Source: Catajapyx aquilonaris | Taxonomy: Eukaryota | Reading direction: 5' to 3' | Length of the DNA stretch: 49,169 nucleotides | Assembly: GCA_000934665.2 (NCBI GenBank) | Contig: JYFJ02004234.1 | Location: forward strand, 1-49,169 | Part shown: one piece after another, positions 11,294-23,710 of the stretch | Layout of the letters: the number at the start of each line of letters is the position of its first letter | Numbering within the stretch: position 1 is the stretch's first letter | Translations under genes and position numbers: made by a program | The notes under the pieces: generated by a model | The model's input: the letters and a program-made list of their open reading frames with translations, nothing else | What the model was told of the DNA's origin: nothing | The model's database searches: none

Positions 11294-14200
11294 TCCTAAA
11301 TGCATATGTAACTGGATTTAAAAATCCAGACTAAAAAGTATTACAACCGACCTGATCTCCCTTTGTATGTAGATCCTTCCTGAGGCCCTATACCATTTTT
11401 TATTAGTTGCTGCGATAGATCATGTTCTGTACCTCATTGGCAATCTGTCTTTAAGTTGCTTTTTTATTCCACTTCCTGTACTTTCAACAAAACTACTGCT
11501 ACTGGTTGTCACTTATCTTCCTTAGTTGGTTGAATGCCTCGCATAGGTTTTTCCTTGCTATGACCCATGTGACACGGTATTAGCAGGATTCCCACCATTT
11601 GGATATGTCATGGAATAGGAGATTGCCACGAACCAATTACACCATGAGAGAAGATAACCTAGTGGTATGTTTTGCCTTTGTTCCATACGATGTGAAGACC
11701 TAAAATGCAGAACGATCAGAGAGTCATATTTTGGTCAAATTGAGTTGGGCATTGTTTTTCGGTTGGGTGGTTCGGTCGGTTGGGTGGCATAGTGGGCTTT
11801 TGACGATAAGTTGGATATGTGGTAGAGACATCAGTGATTAGTCTACACCTCCCTGGAAATATTTATGAAAACAATCTCTCCCGGTTTCCCAACAGTGACT
11901 TAATGCAGCAGTAGTTGTTATAGCAATTCTTTTTCATTTGCTTGAGCAAAAACTCAGTTAGCATCTCATTTCCTTGCAATATTGATAGATTCCATTTCAA
12001 CTCAGGCAGTTTACATTTCATGCACATCAATGCCCAGTCATATAGTAATAATTTGGAGACAATATGAAAGAAATATATGAAACTCACGTCAAATTGTAAC
12101 GTCACATGCAAACGTTCTATTCTATTAATTTTTTGACCAATATTGCTCACGTTGATACCTGTATCAACGTGAGCTTTTGGAGAAGCTACCTACTACACCT
12201 TTTCCCACCATCACTGAAAGTGGTATACATTATTTCCGAAACCTCTCAAAAAGCTGTACTTTCGTAGTTGTGGAGATTTCACAGGCTCTCCTGCGCCGTG
12301 GTGTTCTGTCCTTGAATGTACCATTGCAGGCAAAAAATAAATAAAATAAAATAAATTTTTAAAAAAGAGAGGTGTAATGTCACGTTGTCCGATACCCACA
12401 TCGCCACATCACATGGTACCCCTTCCGAGACGTCTGCTGCGAGACTGAGGGGTTCTAGAAAATATAATTAATTATCTGTTGTGGATCTCAGTTGGACTAT
12501 TTTGGGCATTGAATTAACTGCTGAAACATCTCGAAAAACAATGAAATTATGCCACCTGGTGTCCAGTTCAGGCAGTGTCAGATGCTCACTTGTTTGACGG
12601 ATTAATCGTCTTCACGTGGTTTTATGCTGGTGCTGGAATGCTGGAAACCTTTCCAGCCTCTTCAGCAATTGTCCTGTGTTGTGGGCAAAGGTGTGGAAGA
12701 GGCAATGGCAAGTTCATTGGTAAGTGCAGGGCTGAATGATTCGTGGTTGCACTACCGACAACCCGGATTAGTCGGATGTAGTAGCCAAACATGACCCGCC
12801 AAACATACGCAGAGTCTACATGGTTTGTAGGGTCGTGGCTATCTCGGGTCAGGAAGTAGGCCTACTATAAGTGTTTCGATAATGACTCCTGCTGAAAGGC
12901 TAAGTCTGTGTGATCTCATATGCAGTTATGTTAGTACAGGATTGCATGCAGTTGCATGCCATCGCATGCCATCAAGGGCGCGACACACTGATTATGGCAG
13001 CAAATATTGCATTGCATGACAGTAGTAGTAGAAACATGCTAATTTGATTTTTTCAAGTAACACTTAGAACTGTCTGCTTTGGAGGGAACGATTTTGTATT
13101 TTACACACCATTCCACCTTCCCCATCCTAGTTTTTTTTTTTAACTTGTAGGAAAAAACTATTCGGAGCCCAATCGGAAGTTGACATTGCTGGCGCGAGGT
13201 GACTGAAACGCAAATCACTCTACCAGCAATACAATGCGTTGAATCGGCCGTGGGTCTCTTTACATGCACGATCCTGCCAATTTCATGCCTTTCTGTAACT
13301 ACCAGTCGATGAGGGGAACTCGGGTAAGGATCCAGCTGGTAAAAAAAAGGAATAGTTTCGTGTTTAGTGTATTTCTACCTGTGGATCATAAACGTCTGTA
13401 CAACTACCAGCATCCTTGTTTTTTCTCTCTCTCATGGACGATGGACTTCACCATAGGCTAATGCTCATACAGTAGTTGCATAGCACCAGGATACGTCCGA
13501 ACAAAACGTTTTATGACAGATGTGCACGTCTTATTACTTGCTGCAGTAAAACCTGTATGTTGGACATTGACGGTTCCAAGAAAATTGCCCAACATAGGGA
13601 GCCGGGTGTCCAACATATAAGGATTTCAATCCCTCGGGCTTCATAGTTCAGCACACGTGTGATGTGCAAAAAAAGCAAATTAGGCAAAATACCCGACGAT
13701 GATTTATAGAGGTCGCAATGCATAGTGGGATATTTTGTCACCATTGACGTAGATATAACCAGCCCTTAGTACCGGTACTCTTCAATATTTGTAAGGAAAA
13801 ACCTCTGGACACCCACAAAGCAACGTCCTAAAGTAATATGTGCAGCACCTGTGATAATCCCTGTAACATGCAGAACTGGCCATTCAAAAGTGAACAATTG
13901 GATGGCGCATGGCTGGAATGGATCAAATTGAGATCGTATAGACGAGTATAAATCCATCGCAATTGTTGGTACCCTGTCGTGAGATATATAAAGTGGCGAA
14001 CGTCAAGTCCGGATATGACTTGCGATAAGCTAACCTAATCCAGCGTGAAGATATCACAATTAAGTCTTGGTGGCCACCTGAGCGCCTGATTTGCGATTCC
14101 CGATCCCGTCTTTCGATAGGAGACCAATCATTAACACCCCCTCCCGCCCTCCCTATTCACGCCATAACTCCTTCATTCCCTTCCACCTTCCCCCATTAGT

Positions 14201-14837
14201 TATTGCCCCACGCAGACCTTATCTACGCAACTATCGCACTACTAGGCCTGCTCCTAACTAGCTACTCATGTCTTTCGCGTTGAGAAATTTGCCCACCTAA
14301 TGGATATGGACTGATGCACAGGTTGCCAAATGTGTGCACAGGTCACTTGATTTATGAGGGTGTGGTGGACCCCACCCTAGTATGATTTAGTTTTTTTTTT
14401 TAATCATTCGGAAGCCAGTTTTGCATGATGAGCATTGCAGCCCTTGGGGACTTGTATACACGAATGAAGAGTTAACCTAATGTACTGTACAGTACATTAG
14501 CAATTCAGGTTAGCCATCATCAAGCATTTTTCTGACTCAATCTCCTGTAAGCCTTGGCGTGATTGATTGTGAACGCTTGAACCCATATCACATAAAGCTC
14601 TGTTATGTCGCTTTGGCCAGATGGAAATGATGGAAAAGGGGAAGTGACAAGCTGAGAGTCAATCAATCAATGGAGGCGCGGCCACAAATCGCCTAGCACT
14701 CAACCTGTGCACTGACAGCTTCTTCTGTATGCCCGCCAAAATACGTCACAGGTGAGACCACTAAGGGTGTCGCCTCACCTTTGACACCCACAACAAGTAC
14801 CGTACTACAGTAGAACCCAGATTATCCATCACCCACC

Positions 14838-14981
14838 TCCCCCCGATGGTATCTCCACCTTATCGTGGTGGTGGGGTTTGCGTTTCTCCCGTGACCCCAA
14901 GAGCTATGCCGGCGGTAGCTTCGTCTACTGGTAGGGCCACCCAAGCCGGACAGGTCTGGGGACAGACTAAGAGAGATGCCA
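14838..14981 (+). ncRNA. Putative HDV-like self-cleaving ribozyme (Pr77-like)
   Basis: Manual fold. P1: 5' C-run (14838-14844) with GGTGG(GG) from 14870. P2: TGGTATCTC (14847-14855) with GAGATGCCA (14973-14981). P3/L3 core: CCACCTTATCGTGGT. P1.1: ACC (14857-14859) with GGT (14875-14877). Long P4. J4/2: GACTAAG, with the candidate catalytic C at 14967. Confidence 0.6.
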
Positions 14982-15099
14982 GTCTTTCCTCTCTTCTTTT
15001 TCCTCTTCGTTTCTCTCTCCATCTGTCCCACCTTTGCTTCTTCTTACAGCCAGATAGCCATAGTTGCTTTGGCTTCTTCCGAATAAACCAAACCAAACC
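14838..15099 (+). mobile_element. Short non-autonomous non-LTR retroelement (Ingi/Vingi- or RTE-related, bipartite) with 9-bp TSD
   Basis: TSD TCACCCACC at 14829-14837 and 15100-15108. 3' tail GAATAAACCAAACCAAACC. The 5' part carries CCACCTTATCGTGGTGG and AGCTATGCC..TAGGGCCACCCAAG..GGACAGGTC, motifs I associate with RTE/Ingi 5' UTRs. No tRNA-like A/B boxes. Confidence 0.8.
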
Positions 15100-15752
15100 T
15101 CACCCACCGGACTGGGGAACTGTCGGATAACCTAAAAGGTCGGATAATCCGAGGAGCAAGAAAACCTAAATGAAATACAACAAAAACATATACCGTAAAA
15201 ACATGAAATAATGTACAATATCTCACGGTTATAAGCAATCGAGTAGTATTTACCTTTTACATACACACGCACTGCACTGTATTTACAATTTAACTAAGGC
15301 AATACAAATCAAATGCGTAGAACGTTGCAGTATTTGATGAGAAAACATGGATTTATTGCTGGGGCGGTACTGTCGGATAATCGGGGTTCTACTTTGTATA
15401 TTTTTAGGCGCAGGGTGTTGCTGCAACAATCAAGCACCGAGGATTAGTGGTCAATCTGCCCCTTGGAAGCCTATTGCGGCTGTAAATCCTGTTATTTTTT
15501 TAAATTTTTTTGCCGAACCCGGTAGAGAAAGGTGGATGACTTGTGGGCCCTGTGGGCATTGCTGGGATCATAAGTGCAGGGGCAGGCTTTTAATTTACAT
15601 CCTTCACTTCTTCATCTGATAACCCCTTGATTACTGTATGAAGAAGAGAAAAGCGTGGGATGAAATGATGCTGCTCCCAGACTCAATTGCCAATTGATGC
15701 AGGTTTTTTAAGGTTCAAATCGACCGCCAGTCCGCCACTATCAGCATTCATA

Positions 15753-15814
15753 GATTGTCGGCTATCAGAGATGGTGTCGGCTATAGCCGACACCATCTCT
15801 GATAGCCGACAATC
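15753..15814. repeat. 62-bp perfect palindrome, probably a MITE core
   Basis: GATTGTCGGCTATCAGAGATGGTGTCGGCTA|TAGCCGACACCATCTCTGATAGCCGACAATC. Confidence 0.9.
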
Positions 15815-18800
15815 GTGTGTACCTTTTGGAAAGGAGCATTATCGGCTGGAATTCTATACGGGTATTGACATATAGTGACCCGTTACCATACCTTTGTCAC
15901 GCTGCCTGTAATTGCTAATTGTCATTAATCGCTTTTCATATTATAGTATAGCAGGTATTCAAAATGGATATTTTTACACCGATCCAAATATCTGGTATAT
16001 GCGACTAAGAACACATCCCACAAAGGCGTAATTTCTCATAAACATGGGAGGAAATGTGTTTGAATCCCGTTACCACGTTTATGTTGGTGGTAGGCAATAT
16101 GGCTGGAAGCTGGTAGCTACTTGATGGGAGGGCGGGGTAGAGGCGCAGCTACTGCCCCTTTTTTTCTTTTCTCTCCCCCCCCCCTCCTCCTCTGCCACCT
16201 TAATCTTGAAGAAAAGAACAAGTAGAGGAAGGGGTCAGAGCAAAACAATCGGCACGAGCATACCCGCCCAAGTGACAGTTGCAGCTGCTGCCGACTCGCT
16301 TTTTGACGTTAATGGATGCAATACATGAAGGTCTCAGAGCTAATCCCTCATCGGGGCCTGATCGCCGGATTATCCCTCGGGACACGGTGAAAGGACCACC
16401 CTAATTTGGCAGCCAAGGAAAAAAATAGATATAGGCCTGTAAACTTCTAACCCATGCCCTTCAGGACACACATACATACACACACGAAAAATGGGAGCTC
16501 TAGTTTGTTATCTGTGTTTTTGACTCGGGGCAAATTCGCGGTGGACTCGATGCCTGTCGTGATAAATGAATGGATCTCAAGGATAATAAACTCGGGTGAA
16601 GCCTCCGGGGAATTCTTATATACTGTACAACACTGGTGCACTACACGAGTCGAACCAGTGTGGAGCAGTCAGTTGCCAGCAGTGGTCTTACTGGTACCGG
16701 CTGATGGAGATGCACGAATGTCCATTTAGGGTGTGTGATTGATAGTAAAAATTTTAATAAGTTGATCTTTGTTAGTCATTGTGGATAAATTGTTGGATTA
16801 CAACGTGGCTATCAACAATGCCCTGAAATAAGTAAATTTATTATAGCAGGTAATGGTAGTATGGGCGATGGAGGAGCCTTTGGCCTGGTGATCTGACTCA
16901 GGAGAGGAGTGAGAGTGATTGGCTGGGGCTGGTTCGTGGTGCAGTAAAGTGTTCCAGGCTGTAAAAGTGTGATCCCGCACAAGATGATATGGGAGTTTCG
17001 GGGGCAATTGGGTTGGTCGGCAAAAAGGTGGCCTGGACAGCAGGTGATGATAAGCCAGTACTCACCTGTTGTATCCATGGGTGAGAGCAAATAAGGCGCA
17101 GGTTGAGCTCCCGGGGCCAATGGGTGGGGTGCAAATCAGATTAGCAATCTTGAGTCCAGTAGCCGATTAACTTATGTGCCTCATTTGCATGCCAACGCCT
17201 TTGCTCCGCTTGTCGACACTCCCTTCCCACATGTCCTACATGCTATATACCTTGCCTTGGCGTCTGGCCAGATATTATGCTGTTTCATATTTGCAACCTG
17301 AGCCTGTGATTATTGTCTCTGCCCCACACCATCGTTTATTCATCATCTCCGTGCCAGGCTTCAAATAGCGCATGGTGTATACTATCATGAACATCACAAA
17401 AGTGGAGCATGAAAGGTGAATTACATATTCGTGACTCGGTCACTGCATGAAAGTAGCACCGACAGCGGCATTAATCATATAATGCTAATGGGCACTTTAT
17501 ATCGTAGGCTACTATTTTTTCTCCAAAACTTACTGTCCTAACTGAAATTAGGAATATGGAGATTGTGAGTAACACGACCACTCCAGGTAAATTTTGTTGC
17601 GTGTAGTGGCAGCTTGATTGGCTCAAACTCAGGCGGAAACCACGAGACGTATTATACCACACCTTGTCCAGGCATTAGTCGCGTTTCGGCCTCCCGTACC
17701 GGTCCTTTTTGTTACCATGCGCCTGTCATGTGCCTGCTCATATCTGCACACCTTAATGTAACTCGAGTTGTTGAGCATGCTAGACATGTGAAGGTCTATA
17801 CGTACGAAGACAAGTTGGATCAGTTTCATATTACAATATGTCACCCACCCTTCTCCAATTGCAGGTCATGTTGCCATAAGAACCAGACGATGTACTTTGA
17901 CAGTCCGAATATTAAGTGGAGTTAGCTTAATTTCTGACTACCCCTTATAGGAAAAAGGTGATGAATGTCTGTTTGTGTAATAATGTTTGTATATATTTAA
18001 AAATTTGCTTGCCTTTACATAAAATTGCAGCTCATATTTAGGTACACCATCACAGTCGTCAGCAGGGCAATAGCAACATGAACTCTCTAAACTGCCATTA
18101 GTTATGTTTTTGACCCTTGCCACTTGGGTAATCCAGTAAATCTGGAATATTCCTACTATGGGCATGAATGGGCAATCCATTTTGCTGGAGAAATCCAGGT
18201 GTACACTTATTCAATGACTGACTTTCCCTTCACCCCTATCTGACCCGGAATGTCCCTGCTTAGGCCTGCTTCACAGTATTTTGTAATGAGTAACTGTTAC
18301 TCCTTTGAGCTATACATTATTAGGCCGCGAGTTCAATGAAAAATGTCATTTTAATTACGATTTGTTTGATAAACGCTTGCTCATAAAGTGACCCACGCCG
18401 ATTGTCATTTACCTTCGTACATAATGACATTCTTGACAATGGAAAACAATACGGTACACTTAGACGGCACAATAAAAGTAGATTGGGGCGTGATCGAGAA
18501 AGTTGTGCATCCGGACTTACAGCAGACAACTCCATGAACTTTGTCCCTCAGATGGGGCACAAAAAAGCCAAACATTAGTTTTCTCGACGAGAGAAAAGCC
18601 TTCTGGAGTTACGTGCGGTGATAGTCTCCAGGTCCGGTCCACAACCCGGATCCCTCCAACACCCCTCCACCTCGCAGCTTCTCTTTTACATTTACGAGCA
18701 TCCACAAGTGACCTTTTTCTGGTAGCCACTCTTCCTGAGGGCACAAGTCCAGTGGTGGCAGAAAACCAGCTCCTGACTGTTTTTTTTTTGTTTTGTTTTG

Positions 18801-21800
18801 TTTTGTTTTTTTACCGCCAGTGTGTGTAGTCCCTTCAGCGTTAGCCTTGTGCATGTGTTGCCCTGAAAAGCGGACCAATCAAAGGATGCAACATCCAGAT
18901 GAGGTGCCAGCCAGCGCTCTTTTGTGTCCGCTGATGAGCGTGAAGGGGTGGCCAGGGGATGGGGGCCACTAAATCGGACTGGTTGAGAAGTGGAGGAAGG
19001 GGGGCAATGAGAGATCAATGGGCCCTGTTTGCTCTCGCCTTGGGGGGGCCACCACCCTTTGGATTAAGTGCCTGCCAAACCAAGCTACGACAGACTCATA
19101 TAAGACGTGACTTGACCCCGGGGCCATGCTCTACTCCTATATAGGACCCCAAAGTGCCATCCAGTGCCAGGAGCAGCATATCAACTTATAGGAATGGTGT
19201 GTTGGACACCCAAGTACCCTACAGTATATTATGGAAAAATTCTGCCGAAGTCAACCTTACCTTTACTAACTTCAAGTACACAGATTGAAAAGAATGTGCA
19301 GTTACGTGGGTTGTACTACGTGTAATTGGTCAAATGAAACGCATCACATTTGGTGGTCTTGCGGCAGCAGTGAGTTGGAGAAAGCATGATTAGCAATCGG
19401 TCACGCCAAGGGTTGGCCACCCTGATAATTAAATCCGCCCCTCGACACGTATATCCTACACCTAACTAACTCGCTCCTCAGTTATGCTTTTTTGTTGCCG
19501 TAAGTCTCATTAAGGACTCTGCTCGGCCACAGCCAATGGTTAATGGCTGCTGTCCCCCCCCCTCCCCCCCTTTCCGCCTCCCCCATACATTTCGTCATTT
19601 TTCTTTTTCAAACGTGTCTGATTGCTGCCGTACTAAGTTACCTCCATCGTAAGGCGAAGCTCCGTACATAACTCAATAAACAGTATAGCGCGATATAAGA
19701 TTATGTATTAAAATTTGTGATTTCACGAATATTTTGAAGGAAATTCGAAGTTTACTGATACGATCAAAAAGCTTCAATACTTGCTCATGTCTGATTCACA
19801 TTGGTTGTTTCCAACAGTAGTTATTATATCAAAAATTTTCCAACCGGCCGATCTGATCGCACCCTAAATACACAGGGTGTCATAAAATCTTCCCAAGATG
19901 AACGTCTGACAGCAGCCGATGAATCCGATGCAATTAGCAACACTACTAGAAAAAAACGACAGATTGCAATTGAAGTTGTGCATTCCTCTCTCAGATACTG
20001 GTAGACTAATTGCGATTCCGAGTGGTCGCCGTACAGAAGGCGTCTCCGTACGTTTCGAACGTCCAAAGGAAATCGAATAGAGACGAATGTAATGAGGTAT
20101 ACAGGTTTGGCAGCGGAAAGAACCTGTTCTTTCCGGTCACGAGTGTCCATAAAGTATTCCGACCAAAGAGAGTTACAAGTCTCCTTATCCCTGTCCTTTA
20201 TCACTGATGCCAATAGTCGTCTCATCAGGATTTTGGAAGAACAAGTTGCTCTTCTATGGCTATGCATTGATTTTGCTAATTTGTCGGGTCATTTTTTGTT
20301 GCGGTCATGCCCTGACGATCAGCTCAGACCTGAATGGCCAGATGATCGGTGGCACTTGTCCGGGATTTCGTGATTCGCGACGCAGTTAACCCCATCGACC
20401 TTATCCTCCTCTTACCCCGAAATGCAACCTGCTTTGGCTCCTGGCCGCCAACGCTCTCCACATTTGATATTTTTATTGAGATCAAGACCTGGTCCGGGGA
20501 CCAATCAATCGGGAATTCATTACAGGGGAGAGTGAAAATAATGGGTCGCTCGTGAGGTCCAGGTGCTTGAGCAGAGCTAATAGATTAGACCGACTCAAGT
20601 TGTCCAGTTTTTTTTGGCCTAATGTGGGGTGAGCAAACGTGGCAACCTGTCGCAAATTGCCTCGTGGTTTTTCTATCCCCAAATGAGAAAATTGCCGGCT
20701 TTTGCCCGGTTATTTTATCCGGAGGGAATGTGGAAGTCAGCTCCCGATGTATCATTTGACCCTGAGGAGAAAACGCCAGGGCTTGACCAAATTTGCAAAA
20801 ATTATCGTAATTATTGGTCCAGTGTTGCGAATGAATATTTAGGGCTGGCTGGGAACGAGACAGCTGGGGACAGGTGAGAGCTTTTTTTTTAGGCCTGTTC
20901 TTCCTCTCCGAGCAATTAGAGCAGGTAATTGCTGGTCGTGTTGTTAGCGCCTTACCGGGTGTAAACCACTGCCACATCTTGCTTGCTAAGTAAGGATTTG
21001 CGGATGCGTGCATCGTTTTGCAGCAATTTTGGGCTTGCCAGGGTTATAAACCTGTCATAGTAACTTATAATACGTGCTTGCGAGGTTCAGAATATTGAAG
21101 CTAATAAGAGCGAAAGGAGTGCAGATGTTCGCAATTTGTAATGGTACACATACTCCCGCTGTAACCAAGTAATAGACACCCTGTAAGCTATGCACGTAGT
21201 AATATTATTGTCCAAATTTTGTGATAAATTTAGGGGGGTGTTGGGCTTCTTGAAATATTTAGCAAGGTATGGGGCAAAACCTGTGCTTCAGCGCCCTAAG
21301 CTCCTGCTAATTACCACAGGAGCCAACATCACAGTATAAATGAATAGTCATTAATTCACATTCCGGAAGACGTCAAGTCCACCCTCATTAACGATACATC
21401 CAATCCTATCCTATAAAAAAGCGTGATTAAAAATGGTAAAAAATGGCGACATTTATCGCACCCCTAATGTTGTTATTCGTGCACAAAAAAGGGGCCTATT
21501 GTCAGGTGTTGACAAAAAAAGGTGAAGTGCGGTGATCTGTTGGGTTGAGTGAAGTATGTTTGATGTAGGTCGGACACGAGATCCAGTCTCTTCGTGTCCG
21601 ACACTTTCCCTGAGGGATGTATGGGATGCTCTCTCTGCTGGTTGAGTCCATTGGGCGATTTACGCTTCAATTATCGGCACGTTACGGGCTAAGTGGTACT
21701 CGTACGGGGAAGTGCTCCATAATTCCCCGCTCACCAAGCCTTCTCTTAGACCTCATTCTGAGGCCATTGTATTCGGGTCGAGCATCTTCCTCAATTTCAT

Positions 21801-22875
21801 CTCCACCTCGCATTTACGGTGACGACGACCACTCAAACCTGAGGGGATTGCCAACCTCCTTTGTCACTCTGCTGCGATGCTTATCGTGTACCTTGCCATA
21901 TGAAACGTTCATAATTGGCCGAGTCCAAACCTAAGAAACATGGTGCAAGATTCACTTGTCGGAAGTCTTAGAACGCGTTACATAATTTAGCAAATGTCCA
22001 CTCACGCGGCCAACAGGTGTACGGCGTCAGTGCGGTCACCTGAAAATTTTGCGAAACTCGAAAGTATTGAAGGAAAACAGCATTTTCTAACGACGTTAAC
22101 CGCCAGAAAAGGACATTACTTTACTAAGCGCAGGGTGTGGTTGGAGGAATGTGACGCTAACTGACCGGAGATTGTTCAGGATTACCGGTATTACATGTTG
22201 CCATTTTTTATGCCACATAACCTACAGGTTTTTGATAAGAGGCGCGGTTATAACTAACAGTACCTGGTACTTACGACGATAACACTGTTTGTATCGAATA
22301 TAATATTGTCCAAAATTTCAGACTAGATTTGATTAATCGTTGCGCAGCTTATGGTAGATATTACTTATAAGTAATGAAAGCCACGCCATTCCTGATGGAA
22401 AAGATCTTCTATAGGGGGCTAGGGAAAAAGGAGGCGGGGGATCTCATGTGAGGCCTAGGAAAATACACGTGGGTGGCTACCGTCATGAAAAGGCGGCTTT
22501 AAATCTGCCCGGAGAGAAAGTAAGCCAAGTTGAAACTGATAGCTCCCGATATTATGACGGCCTCCGGAGGATTATGAGAAACATGCTTAGAATTTTGCTC
22601 ATGTGTGACCTACACTTTATCTTTACTGTTTCTCATATTTCTGATTACCATCAGGATTGTGTGTGTGTGTGTACAGCCGCTCAAAGTGACACGTGCACAC
22701 GGTGCTCCTTGGGGAAGTCAGACATGTTTGCTCAGGCGCGGTATAGGTACTGGCCGTACTGCACGTGCGCATCACGAGCTCCGCTTGTTGTTTATGATCC
22801 AGAGGAATAGTTCCAGCATGATATCTGTGAGGAATATCCTCATTTGGTTCTATTACGGTGCCACGTATTATACAT

Positions 22876-23710
22876 CAGGGTGTTTCGCTAGGTAGTCCCC
22901 CCAACGAACCGCCAATATTTGTCTTCTCATTGTACCTAGAAACATGATGTTTGGTTTAAAACTTACCTTAGTTCATGGGATTGTATAGCACCATTCGCAA
23001 TAAATGCTGAAATTGACCTTCAACGACCTTCATAGGGACTTGAACGTAACGCGATGCGACGGTCTTTATTATCGACGATCCTCTGTATCATATCCTCGTC
23101 AATAGTCAAGATTGGTGAACTGAGTGTTTTTGGACCAATACAGTGGCAGATGACCTCCTTTAGATGAATAAAAAATCGAGGAAGTGAAGCACTTACTGCT
23201 GACATAACTTTAAAAAACTAGGTACTCTGTTTCCACCAGTCAAAAGGCCGCGAAGAAGAATAAATTCTCGGATGCGCAGGGAAAAGTGCATAAGTCAAAA
23301 AAATAATTTTTTGACTTATGCGCTTTTCCCCCGAATCCGAGCATTCACCTCTATAAATAATCCACCTCATTGGTAAGACTCGGATTAGGGGGGGAAAAGA
23401 GCGTAAAGGAAAAAATTGTCTATTTGACTTGTGCACTTTTCCCCGCGCACCCGAGAATTGTGCTTACAACAATAGGCCTAGACTCCTAGAGGTTAGAAGA
23501 CTTGGAAAAGGATGAGATTTGCGTCGCTTTGCGTTTGAATGTGTATGATGGGGGTCGTTGGATGTCAATTCGAACAGTTATTGCGAATGGTGCTACATTC
23601 CCATGAGCTAAGGTAAGTTTTAAACCAAACATCATGTTTTTATAATATGTAAAGTGGGAAGAAAAATATACCTGATTCTTTGGGGGGACTACATATAGTG
23701 AAACAGCCTG
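22876..23710. mobile_element. Diverged mariner-type MITE with long TIRs
   Basis: The left end CAGGGTGTTTCGCTA..GTAGTCCCCCCAA..AAACATGATGTTTGGTTTAAAACTTACCTTAG..AGCACCATTCGCAATAA is mirrored at 23578-23710. Confidence 0.75.
23263..23459. mobile_element. Nested MITE with internal sub-palindromes
   Basis: AATTCTCGGATGCGCAGGGAAAAGTGCATAAGTCAAA / TTTGACTTGTGCACTTTTCCCCGCGCACCCGAGAATT. Confidence 0.7.

Larger units (their letters stand above)
14808..15396. mobile_element. pogo/Tigger-type MITE, host of the ribozyme-bearing retroelement
   Basis: TA|CAGTAGAACCCAGATTATCC ... CGGATAATCGGGGTTCTACTTTG|TA, with internal GTCGGATAA repeats. Confidence 0.75.

Noticed and set aside
11863..13957. Faint resemblance of minus-strand fragments (LNYEARGI; TEFLLKQMKKNCY) to KDZ-type transposase motifs
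   Set aside because: Similarity is from memory, short and low-identity, and cannot be supported without a profile search.
19824..20267. 147-aa minus-strand ORF and neighbouring ORFs to 21013
   Set aside because: No recognisable domain or convincing splice structure, and comparable ORFs occur on both strands.
20386..21048. piggyBac-like element (TTAACCCC ... GGGTTATA)
   Set aside because: Terminal match is limited to about 3 bp and the right TTAA is imperfect.
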